Assembly: GCA_963728405.1 (NCBI GenBank)
Contig: CAVSJV010000002.1
Coordinates: 272,743-336,742 of the forward strand
DNA from: Methanomassiliicoccaceae archaeon
Lineage (GTDB): Archaea; Thermoplasmatota; Thermoplasmata; Methanomassiliicoccales; Methanomassiliicoccaceae
Direction: 5' to 3'
DNA: 64,000 nt
Position 1 is the stretch's first letter. Each line of letters begins with the position of its first letter. Of this stretch, positions 29,734 to 39,257 are shown piece by piece. The position numbers were made by a program, and so were the translations under genes. Under the pieces are notes generated by a model. The model was not told the origin of the DNA and made no database searches. It was given only the letters and a program-made list of their open reading frames with translations.

Positions 29734-30121
29734 ATGACCTCGATTACGATGCCCGATATGCAGAGCCGCCATCACCGGGGACGGGGAGGCCGCACTCACC
29801 CATGGTCTCCGGGACCATATGGCCTCGACGCATGAGATCAAGGACCTTTGCGAGATGAACGAGAGGACCATGCCCCAGAATCGTGAGACCAGCTCATCGC
29901 CCCAGGATCGGGGACCGGAGGACTGGGAAAAAATAAAGAAAGGAGCGACCCCATCCGAGATGGAGATCGGCGAGGACGTGGAGCAGAGCGTCCTATGCCC
30001 GTTCTGCGGTTCCCGGGTGTTCGGCCACGACGGGGATGACCTTTCCAACATGTTGCATGATCACATCGAAGATGTCCACGATCTCAAACCGACCCGGATC
30101 ATCCCCCGGCTTAAATTCTGA
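29734..30121 (+). CDS. Twin zinc-finger protein (Z5); N-terminal finger hidden by a +1 frameshift near 29745
   Basis: ATG 29734 MTSI, then after one extra base RCPICRAAITGDGEAALTHGLRDHMASTH in frame with ORF 29819; C-terminal CPFC-x18-HIEDVH. Confidence 0.8.
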
Positions 30122-30658
30122 TCAGAGCTTCCTGATCACCGGGCTGGGGGTACGGAACTCGCCGTCCCAATAGATCAGAGTGTCGGTGCGGTCATAGTCC
30201 TGGGCCACGTCGGTATGGACGACCTTGCCCATGTACCAGATGTGGTCCCAATCAGCTCGATCGACCTGTTCCAGCTTCTTGACCTCGATGTTCAGGGGGC
30301 ACTCCACGATGCTCGGCGATCTGATCCTCTTGCCGGGCTGAGGGGTCAATCCTACCTCGGAGAATTTGTTCATCCTGCTGCCCGATTGTTGGCCGCATTT
30401 GATCACCTGCTCCAGGATGTCCTTGCCCGGCACATTGAGGGAGAAATCCTCGGCCTCCTCGAGCAGCTTGTAGCTGAACCTAGAGGACTTGATACCGATC
30501 CCGATGATGGTCGGGTCGATGGAGAACACATTGAACATCCCGATGGTGGTGACGTTGTGCTCCTTCTCTCCTACCGCAAGCAGCATGACCGGGGCCGGCG
30601 GTAGTTGCATGACCGCTTCTATCGTCCCCATGTCCAGCTTCAGTTTCTCCTCGCTCAT
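30122..30658 (-). CDS. Flavin reductase-like (flavoredoxin) family protein
   Basis: PAPVML, N..TIG, SIDP, FSLNVP, CG..SG..NKF, PSIVECPLNIE, HIWYMGKV. Confidence 0.88.
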   Translation of the reverse strand: MSEEKLKLDMGTIEAVMQLPPAPVMLLAVGEKEHNVTTIGMFNVFSIDPTIIGIGIKSSRFSYKLLEEAEDFSLNVPGKDILEQVIKCGQQSGSRMNKFSEVGLTPQPGKRIRSPSIVECPLNIEVKKLEQVDRADWDHIWYMGKVVHTDVAQDYDRTDTLIYWDGEFRTPSPVIRKL

Positions 30659-30717
30659 GGTAACTCCTTAATATAATGAACCGGCCAGCTAATAATAACC
30701 TGCCCTTACTAGTGCGG

Positions 30718-31191
30718 TCATTGGCAGGAGCGGCAAGCTGCCAGGACGGCGCCGTAGTCCGGCTGGATGGCATGGTCCGGAGCAGTCCAGGCGTACTGGA
30801 CCTTCCGGTTCACGCAAATGACGAAGACCGACCGCTCGGCATGGCCGGCCAGGAAGCGGCCGTCCGGGGTGAGGACGCCATAGCGCGAGGAGACCTGACC
30901 GCCAACATCGCTGAGGAGCCCCCATTCTATGTTCATCTGCTCCTTCCAGGCCCGATGGGATGTCGTCGAGTTGACCGAGATCCCAAGGATATGCGCACCC
31001 GCCCCTTCGATATCCTCGATGATCTCCTGGAAGGCTTTCATCTCCATGGTGCAGATGACCCCCCAGTCCGTGGGATAGAACACCAGCACCACCGTGCCCC
31101 TCCTTACCTCATCGGTCAGTCGAACGGTGCGTTCGGACGCCTCAGGCAGCTCGAAATCGGGGGCGGTATCCCCCACCATTACATGTTCCAT
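30718..31191 (-). CDS. Peroxiredoxin (AhpC/TSA, AhpE-like)
   Basis: VGDTAPDFEL, FYPTDWGVICTME, LLSD, ERSVFVI. Confidence 0.85.
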   Translation of the reverse strand: MEHVMVGDTAPDFELPEASERTVRLTDEVRRGTVVLVFYPTDWGVICTMEMKAFQEIIEDIEGAGAHILGISVNSTTSHRAWKEQMNIEWGLLSDVGGQVSSRYGVLTPDGRFLAGHAERSVFVICVNRKVQYAWTAPDHAIQPDYGAVLAACRSCQ

Positions 31192-31195
31192 CGGG

Positions 31196-31633
31196 CTAGG
31201 CCACCTCGCGGGCCCTTTCCGGCTCGTCGGGAGGGAGGTTCATCATCCTGCGCCAGGTCCGGCGGTCGACATGCTTGATATCTCCCTTCTCATCGTAGTA
31301 GTGGATCTGATAGTAGAACAGCCACCAATTATTGAGCTCAAGCAGCTTCATGCGGGTCTTCACCGCCTTCTCCTTGGGGACCACCACGACCAGGCGGCTC
31401 TTGGCCTGGAGCACTCGTGCATACTCGATCATACAGTGGGGATCGGAGAGGGTAACATCAGTCTCTACGAACTCCTTGCTCACCACGAAACGGTCCTGGC
31501 AGGCGGTGATGACCCCTCTGCCCTTGCAGATCTCGTAGGAGACGGTGGCGTCAGGATAGATCTCCGTGATCTCCCGTTGAGCATCTTTGGCCCGTTTCTG
31601 GGTGACTGCCTCGACGATCTCCTTGCCCGCCAC
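31196..31633 (-). CDS. Hypothetical protein, probable paralogue of 60082..60441
   Basis: RA..YPD.TVSYEI...EFVET...EY..LVVVVP pattern. Start probably GTG at 31633. Confidence 0.65.
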   Translation of the reverse strand: MAGKEIVEAVTQKRAKDAQREITEIYPDATVSYEICKGRGVITACQDRFVVSKEFVETDVTLSDPHCMIEYARVLQAKSRLVVVVPKEKAVKTRMKLLELNNWWLFYYQIHYYDEKGDIKHVDRRTWRRMMNLPPDEPERAREVA

Positions 31634-31744
31634 GGCAGAACAACGATTTCTATTGTATATAACGATAAAGCCAACAACCTTCGCCATAGCTGGAATAGAT
31701 AGCTGGGAACCAACCATTATTAGAGGTGGCCGGATTGGGGGTCG

Positions 31745-32101
31745 ATGGCTCGTCGGAGGAGACTGAGGATCACCCCGGTGGTGTCGGCCTTCGTGTGGGG
31801 CGTCCTCACCGGTCTGGGCATCGACCCGACCCAGATGATATTCGAGACCACTCTCAAGCAGCTCGGCCCCTATGTACAGGTAGCCTCGGTCATTCTATTC
31901 CTGGTGGTCATCTATTTTTCGTACAGCTGGATCATTGAAGGAATACAGCGCTCGAGGAGGGCCTTCCGGATTGCCGGGGCCGTTGGGATCGCCGCCATGG
32001 TCCTGGCGTTCCTCTCCGGGCTCTTCATATTCACCTGGGACAAGGCGGCTATCGTTATGGTGATCGCCGTGATCGCCTGGGTCTACGCCATCTGGAAATA
32101 A
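31745..32101 (+). CDS. Small membrane protein (about 4 TM)
   Basis: Four hydrophobic segments; GIDP motif. Confidence 0.65.
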   Translation: MARRRRLRITPVVSAFVWGVLTGLGIDPTQMIFETTLKQLGPYVQVASVILFLVVIYFSYSWIIEGIQRSRRAFRIAGAVGIAAMVLAFLSGLFIFTWDKAAIVMVIAVIAWVYAIWK

Positions 32102-32131
32102 AAAATGAACCGGCCCGCAGGCCGTAAGGTT

Positions 32132-32413
32132 TCACTGGCTGTCGATGATCTTGATCAAGTGGTAGCCGAACTCGGTCTTCACCGGGCCGACGACCTCGCC
32201 CTTTTTCGCGGCGAAGGCAGCGTCCTCGAACTTCTTGACCATCTGGCCTTTTCCGAAGGTTCCCAGGTCCCCGCCCTTGTTCTTGGAGGGGCATGTGGAG
32301 TACTCCTTGGCGATGGTCTCGAACTTCTCGCCGGACTTGATCCGGGCCAGGAGCTCGTAGGCCTTGTTCTGGTCCTTTACTAGTATGTGCGCAGCATGAA
32401 CTTTGGTGGTCAT
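32132..32413 (-). CDS. ppiC: Parvulin-type peptidyl-prolyl isomerase
   Basis: AAHILV, AKEYSTCPS..GGDLGTF..GQMV..F, PVKTEFGYHLI. Confidence 0.95.
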   Translation of the reverse strand: MTTKVHAAHILVKDQNKAYELLARIKSGEKFETIAKEYSTCPSKNKGGDLGTFGKGQMVKKFEDAAFAAKKGEVVGPVKTEFGYHLIKIIDSQ

Positions 32414-32462
32414 GAGGTCATGGCAGACCTGAACCGGAATAAATAGCTTCGGTCGATCTCTC

Positions 32463-32729
32463 TCAAACCGTGGAGATGTCGGTTATGTAGCCCCTTTGTT
32501 GATTGATCATATCCTTGATCTCCGCAACGCTGGGCACTCGTCCTTGAACCACCAATTTTCCGTTGATGAACAGGGCGGGCTGGGACATCACTCCTCGCCT
32601 CTGCGCCTCCGAGGGGTCCTGCAGCTTATCGACCTCCGGGCTCAATCCCAGCTCTTCCAGGGCAGCATGGGTCGCCACCTCTATTAAGCGACATTTGGCG
32701 CAACCGACCGAGAACACTTCGATCTTCAT
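32463..32729 (-). CDS. Small thioredoxin-like redox-active disulfide protein (MTH895 type)
   Basis: MKIEVF..GCAKC, GVMSQPALFING...GRVP. Confidence 0.85.
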   Translation of the reverse strand: MKIEVFSVGCAKCRLIEVATHAALEELGLSPEVDKLQDPSEAQRRGVMSQPALFINGKLVVQGRVPSVAEIKDMINQQRGYITDISTV

Positions 32730-32818
32730 ATTCTCACGATCTAGGATTGTTCCGCCCTAATAAATAACATCGACCGGAAAGGGGAGAAAGGATTATCGCT
32801 GTCTCCGCATGTTCCGGC

Positions 32819-33493
32819 GTGATGGTCCGCTCTCTTTTCCGCCTGGTGACGAAGCACATCGGACCCACCTACGCGTTGCAAGAGATACTCTATGGGTTGA
32901 TCATGGCCTTGGGTACCATCAGTACCGTGTCGATCGGGATCGGCCTGGATTCCAACTCCAGATATACGCTGATCGTAGCGGCAGTGGGTGTTAATATCAC
33001 CTGGGGGCTGGCGGACATGATCATGTACATGCTCACCAAAAACTTCGACCGGATGAGGCATCAGCAGTTGGCCGACGCCATCATCAGCGAACCGGACGAG
33101 GACTGGCCGCTGGATGTGATCGAATATGATCTTTCCGATACGATAGTGGAGACCCTTGACCCCGCTGACCGCCATCGCATCTATCGGGATATAATGGACT
33201 CTGAGTCCCGGGCGGTCGGCCGCCCCCTCCGGTTCAGCGTGGGTCATTTCTATGGGGGGTTGGCCTGCCTCCTCATCACTATCCTGGCAGCATTGCCCCT
33301 GGTCGTCCCATTGCTGCTCATCACCTCGCTGTCCCTGGGATTGAGGGTCGCCTCCCTCCTAGCTGTTGGCCTGCTGTTCCTGGCCGGCTATCTATGGGCC
33401 CCCTATGCCGGCCTCAGGAAGGAGTGGGCCGGCCTGGGCATGATGGGTGTGGGTGCGGTGATAACCCTGGCAACACTTGTACTGGGTGGTTGA
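32819..33493 (+). CDS. VIT1/CCC1-like membrane protein
   Basis: EILYGLIMAL, NITWGLAD, 5 TM layout with soluble insert. Confidence 0.6.
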   Translation: MMVRSLFRLVTKHIGPTYALQEILYGLIMALGTISTVSIGIGLDSNSRYTLIVAAVGVNITWGLADMIMYMLTKNFDRMRHQQLADAIISEPDEDWPLDVIEYDLSDTIVETLDPADRHRIYRDIMDSESRAVGRPLRFSVGHFYGGLACLLITILAALPLVVPLLLITSLSLGLRVASLLAVGLLFLAGYLWAPYAGLRKEWAGLGMMGVGAVITLATLVLGG

Positions 33494-33535
33494 AGCCCTT
33501 ACAATTATATCTTCGGGCCTCATTCCTCCCTTCTG

Positions 33536-34792
33536 ATGTGGAAGCAGCTGGACATCGAGCAGTGGAGCGTCAGCCGGCGAGGTAGTCTATCGGAGGTCCG
33601 CCCACCGGTCGAGGAGATCATCGCCCAGGTCAGGGAAAGAGGGGACGAGGCCCTTTTCCAGTTGACCCATAAGTTCGATAAGGTCCAACTCGATCACTTG
33701 CGCGTCTCGAGGTTGGAGATCGAGGAAGCCTACCATAAGGTGGACTCCTCGCTGGTGGATGCGTTGAGGCGGTCCAAGGCCAATATCGAGGCGTTCCACC
33801 GGATGCAGCGGCCGGCCGATCTGTGGACCAGGGAGGTCGCCCCTGGCCTGGTACTGGGTGTCAAGAACACACCTCTGGATCGCATTGGTATCTATGTTCC
33901 AGGAGGACGCGCCTCGTATCCATCGACGGTCCTGATGTGCGCCATCCCGGCCAAGGTGGCCGGGGTGGTCAACGTTGTCATGTGCACACCTCCGCCAGTG
34001 AATCCGCTGACCTTGATCGCCGCTGACATCGCCGGGGTGGACGCCATTTATACAGTGGGCGGGGCGCAGGCCGTGGCGGCCATGGCCATGGGTACGAAGA
34101 GCATCTCTCCGGTCCAGAAGATCGTCGGTCCCGGGAATGTGTATGTTACCACGGCCAAGATGTTGCTGCGGGATATGGTGGAGATAGACTCACCGGCCGG
34201 ACCGTCAGAGATCGCCATCCTGGCCGACTCCTCGGCGGACGAGACGTTCATCGCCGCCGATATCCTGGCCCAGGCGGAGCATGACCCCAATGCGGCCTGT
34301 GTCCTGGTGACCACCGACGAGGTGTTGGCCGGAAAGGTCGGCCGTGAAGTGGAAAAGATGGCCGCTCGGGCCGAGCGAAAGGAGATCGTCAGCAAGGCAT
34401 TGCTCAACTCCGGCTATGTTCTCGCTAGAGATATCCATTCGGCCATCGAGCTGGTCAACTACATCGCTCCGGAGCATCTGTCCATCCAGGTCAGCGATCC
34501 GCTGGCGGCGCTCCAAGGCATAAGGAATGCCGGTTCCATCTTCGTCGGCAAGTACGCCGCAGTGGCACTGGGCGATTATGCCTCCGGTACCAATCACGTG
34601 CTTCCGACGGCCGGTTATGCGCACGTGCATTCCGGTCTGGATGTCGCCCACTTCATGAAGCGGTCCTCGGTACAGATCGTTGAACGGGAAGGGCTGGAAT
34701 CATTGAGCGAGACGGTGGAGGCATTGGCCAAGGCCGAGGGCCTGCATGCCCATGCCCGTTCGGTTCGCCTCCGCCGAGAGAGCTCACCGTGA
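33536..34792 (+). CDS. hisD: Histidinol dehydrogenase
   Basis: YVPGGRASYPSTVLM, GGAQAVAA, GPGNVYV, AGPSE, QAEHD, APEHL, GDYASGTNHVLPT, EGLHAH. Confidence 0.97.
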   Translation: MWKQLDIEQWSVSRRGSLSEVRPPVEEIIAQVRERGDEALFQLTHKFDKVQLDHLRVSRLEIEEAYHKVDSSLVDALRRSKANIEAFHRMQRPADLWTREVAPGLVLGVKNTPLDRIGIYVPGGRASYPSTVLMCAIPAKVAGVVNVVMCTPPPVNPLTLIAADIAGVDAIYTVGGAQAVAAMAMGTKSISPVQKIVGPGNVYVTTAKMLLRDMVEIDSPAGPSEIAILADSSADETFIAADILAQAEHDPNAACVLVTTDEVLAGKVGREVEKMAARAERKEIVSKALLNSGYVLARDIHSAIELVNYIAPEHLSIQVSDPLAALQGIRNAGSIFVGKYAAVALGDYASGTNHVLPTAGYAHVHSGLDVAHFMKRSSVQIVEREGLESLSETVEALAKAEGLHAHARSVRLRRESSP

Positions 34793-35575
34793 GACGGTGC
34801 GCCTGAACAGAGCGGTGGTGGCGGTCAAGGTGACCGCCCCTACTGCGATGATGACCAGGAAGCAGGCCCCTATCGTGGCCCAGTCAAAGCCGGTGATTAT
34901 GAGGCTATGCAGTGCATTGGCCACATAGGTCACTGGGTTGTAATTGGACACTGTTTGCACCCATTGCGGGAGAAGTTGTTCCGGCATGACCGCTGTGGAA
35001 AGGAAGAGCAGAGGGAGTGTCGTGAGTAGGCTGATCAGCAGGGTCGATTCTGAGTTACCGGTGGCGAGCGCAATGAAGGTCGATATGCCCGACCAGGCAA
35101 TGCCGAAGGTGAGAGCGATGATCAGGATGAGGACCACTCCGCCGATGCCCGTTATGACCGTTACACCGACCAGATAAGCAAGCGTCAGGATGATAAGTGA
35201 TTGTATAAGGATCCGGAAACCATCACTGAAGACCTTTCCCAGAAGGATGGAGGAACGGTGGATGGGCGCCACTTTCATCTTATCCATGAAACCGGACTCC
35301 AGGTCATCGACCATCCCGATGCCGGACTGGAGGGCGCTGGTGAGGACCGTCTGGATTATCACCGCGGCAGTGAAGAAGGTGATATAGGATGATGTTCCAG
35401 TGATCTGCGCGAAACCTGGAATGTTGGCCACCGCCTGGAACGCTTGAGTGAATAGCAGGAACCACACCAGGGGCTGGACCAGAGAGAAGAACAGGAAGGT
35501 GGGCCGGCGAAAGATCTTACGCACCCATCGCCGGAAGATGGCATATGTTTCCGTTAAGGCGCCCTTCCAGCTCAT
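34784..35575 (-). CDS. ABC-2 type (DrrB-like) exporter permease
   Basis: LVQPLVWFLLF, ESGFMDK..VAP, LPQWVQ..NPVTY. Confidence 0.9.
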   Translation of the reverse strand: MSWKGALTETYAIFRRWVRKIFRRPTFLFFSLVQPLVWFLLFTQAFQAVANIPGFAQITGTSSYITFFTAAVIIQTVLTSALQSGIGMVDDLESGFMDKMKVAPIHRSSILLGKVFSDGFRILIQSLIILTLAYLVGVTVITGIGGVVLILIIALTFGIAWSGISTFIALATGNSESTLLISLLTTLPLLFLSTAVMPEQLLPQWVQTVSNYNPVTYVANALHSLIITGFDWATIGACFLVIIAVGAVTLTATTALFRRTVSR

Positions 35576-36594
35576 GTTCTTCTCCTCGCTCCCGGTCGGC
35601 GTGAAGGCATGGGGCGGGCCTCTTCGACCCTCAGCTTCCGGCCGGTGAATTTCAGGAACACGTCGTCTAGGGACGGCACGGCCAGGGTCAGCCGCTCGAT
35701 CCTATGTCCTTCCTCGTCCATGGCCCTGACCAGCTGGGGGATGATGGCCGGTCCGTTCTCCGCGTAGATTATCAATCCACCCTGGCAAAGAATGCCGTTC
35801 TCGCAACCCCTGACCTCCTTGACCCCGGGCATGCTCCTCAATAGGTCGATGGTCCCTTCGAGCGGTGGCGCAGCTCCCTCGGCGAAGGCTAACTGGACCT
35901 GGTCGGCACCTATCTGGGCCTTTAGCTCTGCAGGCCTGCCCTGGGCCACGATCTTGCCGTGATCGATGATGCATAGACGATCGGCCAGCCGGTCCGCTTC
36001 CTCCATATATTGAGTGGTGAGGAAGATGGTCATCCCGTCCTGGTTCAGCTTCCGGATGTACTCCCACACGACCGATCGGGACTGGGGATCGAGCCCGGTG
36101 GTCGGCTCGTCCAGGAACAGCAACTTGGGCCGGGCGATCAGGGCAGTGCCCAGGTCCAACCTTTTCCGCATCCCCCCCGAATAGGTACCAGCGCGCCGGT
36201 CTGCCGCATCCTCCAGACCGATCGTCCCGATGACCTCCTCGACCCGGGGGGCTATCTCCGCTCGGGCGATATGGTGGAAACGACACTGAAGCTCTAGGTT
36301 CTCCCGGCCGGTAAGGTCATCGTCCAGACCGACCTCTTGAGATGCATAGCCAATGATCGACCTGACATCGGTGGCCTGCTCCTCGAGGTCCATTCCGTCG
36401 ATCTCCGTCCTTCCCGATGTCCGCCTCAGCAAGGTCGTGAGCACCTTGATGGTCGTCGACTTGCCGGCCCCGTTGGGCCCCAGGAAGCCGAATATCTCGC
36501 CCCGGCGGACCGAGAACGAGATATCGTCCACCGCCCTCAGTTCGCCAAAGGACTTGAGAAGGTGCTCGACCACCACAATGTCGTCGGCGCTCAC
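35572..36594 (-). CDS. ABC exporter ATP-binding protein (DrrA-like)
   Basis: GPNGAGKST, YSGGMRKRL, LDEPTTGLDP, TTQYMEEAD, SLDDVFLKFTG. Confidence 0.93.
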   Translation of the reverse strand: MSADDIVVVEHLLKSFGELRAVDDISFSVRRGEIFGFLGPNGAGKSTTIKVLTTLLRRTSGRTEIDGMDLEEQATDVRSIIGYASQEVGLDDDLTGRENLELQCRFHHIARAEIAPRVEEVIGTIGLEDAADRRAGTYSGGMRKRLDLGTALIARPKLLFLDEPTTGLDPQSRSVVWEYIRKLNQDGMTIFLTTQYMEEADRLADRLCIIDHGKIVAQGRPAELKAQIGADQVQLAFAEGAAPPLEGTIDLLRSMPGVKEVRGCENGILCQGGLIIYAENGPAIIPQLVRAMDEEGHRIERLTLAVPSLDDVFLKFTGRKLRVEEARPMPSRRPGARRRT

Positions 36595-37269
36595 GGTCCT
36601 ACCTGCTCATGGCAGAACCACCAATCCAGGCAGCCCTGCCTCCCCTTACGCTGTTCGGCCTCGGCCTCATTGGACGGGGCGTGGAGAAGTACATCGGACC
36701 CTATGAACTCGTTCTCGGGCCAGTTGGCCGGCGTCGCTACATGGTGCTTCTCCACGATCTGCAGGGCCCGCATCATCCTCAGCAGTTCCTTGAGGTTACG
36801 GCCGACCCCCTTCGGATAGTACATCAGTGACCGTACCTCCCCTTTTGGATCGACCATGATGATCGCTCTAATAGCTCCCTTTCCCGAGGCTGGATGTATT
36901 GCCCCTAAGGCCCGGGCGGTGTCCCCGAACGGATCGGCGATGATGGGGAAGGTCGATCTTTACCCCAAGCTTGTCCTTGATCCACTGCGCCCATATGATA
37001 TGCGATTGGACCTGATCGATCGACAGACCAATGAGCTCGCAGCCCAGTTCCTTGAACTCCTCGTGATGGAGGGCGAAGGATGCGAACTCGGTTGTGCAGA
37101 CGGGGGTGAAGTCCCCGGGATGGCTAAACAGCATGAACCATTTTCCTGCGAAGTGCTCGGGCAAGATCAATTGACCATGGGTGGTGGTGACCTCCATACG
37201 AGGAAATGGCTCCCCTATGCAAGGTATCTCCACCCTGGTCCCGTTGTTCTGTGAGCTTGGTCCGATCAT
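36591..37269 (-). CDS. Peroxiredoxin (Prx6/archaeal TdxH type), frameshift near 36950
   Basis: [15 protein letters not shown], then FPIIAD...VDPKG..YYP..VGRN..ELLR..TPANWP...CLDWWFC. Confidence 0.9.
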
Positions 37270-37353
37270 GGGTATCCTCAAATGATTCAACCGGTTCTGA
37301 TAGTTCTTGAGCTTTCGCTCCAAAGGCCACAAGTTTCGAGTACCGGACCGATC

Positions 37354-37913
37354 ATGACTGCCAGGGAGAAGATGGTCGATCTCAGGGATCTCGAAGGGGC
37401 GATGCTGGTATGGAAACAGGTAACGGCCGAGCACCGTTTCTATGAGCTGAAGGACGGGGATGTGCGACTTGCATCCTTGACCCTTTCCCGGAGCATTCGG
37501 TACCTTGGCCGAGGGAGAGTTCGAAAATTGCAGGTATACCTTCAAGCGTACTGGGTTCCTGCATCCGCGGGTCACCATTCGCCGCCTTGGTTCGGAGGAG
37601 AACCTGGGCCTGGTCCGCTTGACCCTGGGAGGGAACGGCACTCTGGAGTTCACCGACGGGAAAAGGTACAGTTTCCACCGCCTTTCCTTTTGGACCAATC
37701 GCTGGGGCTTCTCTGACGAGCAAGGCAACCTGCTCTTGAGCATGCGCATCCACACCCCTTTCGTGAGGCATGATGGGGAGGTAGTACTGGAGGCGGGCAA
37801 GGGGGACCAGTACACCTCGATAATGATACTGCTCGGCTGGTACATGATCGCTCAGATGGCCGAGGAAGGAGAAGATCGCCGCGGTGGGCGCCGCCGGCAA
37901 TATTCTCCATTGA
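37354..37913 (+). CDS. Hypothetical beta-rich protein (tandem paralogue 1), frameshifts near 37485 and 37868
   Basis: [12 protein letters not shown]...[15 protein letters not shown]...G.LEF..G..Y..H...W...ILLGWY; stop TGA at 37913. Confidence 0.6.
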
Positions 37914-37922
37914 GGTGTCGCT

Positions 37923-38392
37923 ATGCCACAGATGTTCGGGAGCTCGGAATGGATCAGACCCCAGGCCTGGAAGCTCGACTGGGAACTGCTCAAGGACGGC
38001 CAGGTCGTCGCCACCATGTCCTCCCCAGGCTGTTCGGAACCGCGGTGGCGGCCACGTTCGGCGAGGATATGTTCTCCCTGAGGAAGGGCGGGCTGAGGAA
38101 GCCGTGTGCGGTCATTCGGGAGCTGCAGGAAGAGGGTGACCTCGCCGTGCTGGAGTTCGATTTCATCGGGAAGGGGACCATCACCGCGGGCACCTCCCTT
38201 TATCAATGGGAACGGATCGGCGAGGGTGAGCAATGGACCCTTTCACAGGAAGGCCGGGGCATCATCTTCACTTTGGCCCGCGATACTCGGAGCAAGTACC
38301 CCACCGGAAAGGTCGAGGTCGATATCGGAGATCCTTTCCTGCCCCCCCTGCTACTGCTGACCTGGTTCATCGTGTCGACCTCTGAATGCTGA
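37923..38392 (+). CDS. Hypothetical beta-rich protein (tandem paralogue 2), frameshift near 38022
   Basis: ATG 37923 MPQMFGSSEWIRPQAWKLDWELLKDG..., then FGT...SLRKGGLRKP...G.I..G..Y.W...W...LLLLTWF, colinear with paralogue 1. Confidence 0.6.
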
Positions 38393-38918
38393 GGCCAGGT
38401 CCGTCCGGTGTGATTCTACATCCTCACTTGGAATGCTGTAATCGCCCTGTTTCCCACCTTATTTCCCAATAGAAGGGGGAGTACAAAGGGACCGAGGCCC
38501 AGAAACAGATCCTGCGGAGCCTCTAGGAGTCCTATCCCATAAAGGTCGACGAGATCGTACTGATCGCCGCGGCCCAGTAACCGATGAAGGATGTCCCTAC
38601 CGACCAGACATCCGGGGATCTGCGCGAGCTCAGGGGCCAGGGGTTGATCGAGGGATCGGCGGTAAGAGCGCCTTCGGGCAGACCGGTACCTATCGATTCA
38701 GATATCCCCGGCTGGGATCGAGTATTTGCAGTCAATGGGGGAGAAGGGCTCCCGGGCTCCTGGTGTTTCGGCCAGGGAGATCTAGTCCCGCCTGATGGAA
38801 ACCTACGACCGGATCAAGGCCGATATGGAATCGATGCGGCAGAACCCGGAGAGCTCTCCGACGGCCTTGGGGAAGGGCAGGGGGGGCAGTCCTTTCTAGC
38901 ATCGCCGAATATGATCAG

Positions 38919-39176
38919 GTGATCAGTACCTACTTCGTGCGGATCATCGAGACCTTAGGGGCGTTCATGGGCATACTCGTCATCCTGGTAGTGGCCATGA
39001 TGGGACGCACGGCCAACTCGTTGACCGTCACTGGGGGAACGGCCATGCACAAGATCGTCGTCTCCTTGGTGTCCTTACTGGGGATATTGGTCATCGTGAT
39101 CGTCATCCTGTTCTATGCCGTCCGGGAGCGGTCATTGAAGATGCCCCCGACCGAACCGTTGACCATGTCCGAGTAG
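38919..39176 (+). CDS. Small 2-TM membrane protein
   Basis: Two clear hydrophobic helices. Confidence 0.55.
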   Translation: MISTYFVRIIETLGAFMGILVILVVAMMGRTANSLTVTGGTAMHKIVVSLVSLLGILVIVIVILFYAVRERSLKMPPTEPLTMSE

Positions 39177-39257
39177 CTGACCCATCAGGCTGGGGACGAT
39201 ATCAAAATCGAGACCCTGGGGTAGCAGAGTTATATTATCCAATGGCGGTCGATACTT

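Noticed and set aside
38520-38922. ORF 38584..38922 or a decayed wHTH gene (LRELRGQGLIEG...ISPAGIEYLQ across frames)
   Set aside because: Needs several frame changes and passes a stop; too weak to call.
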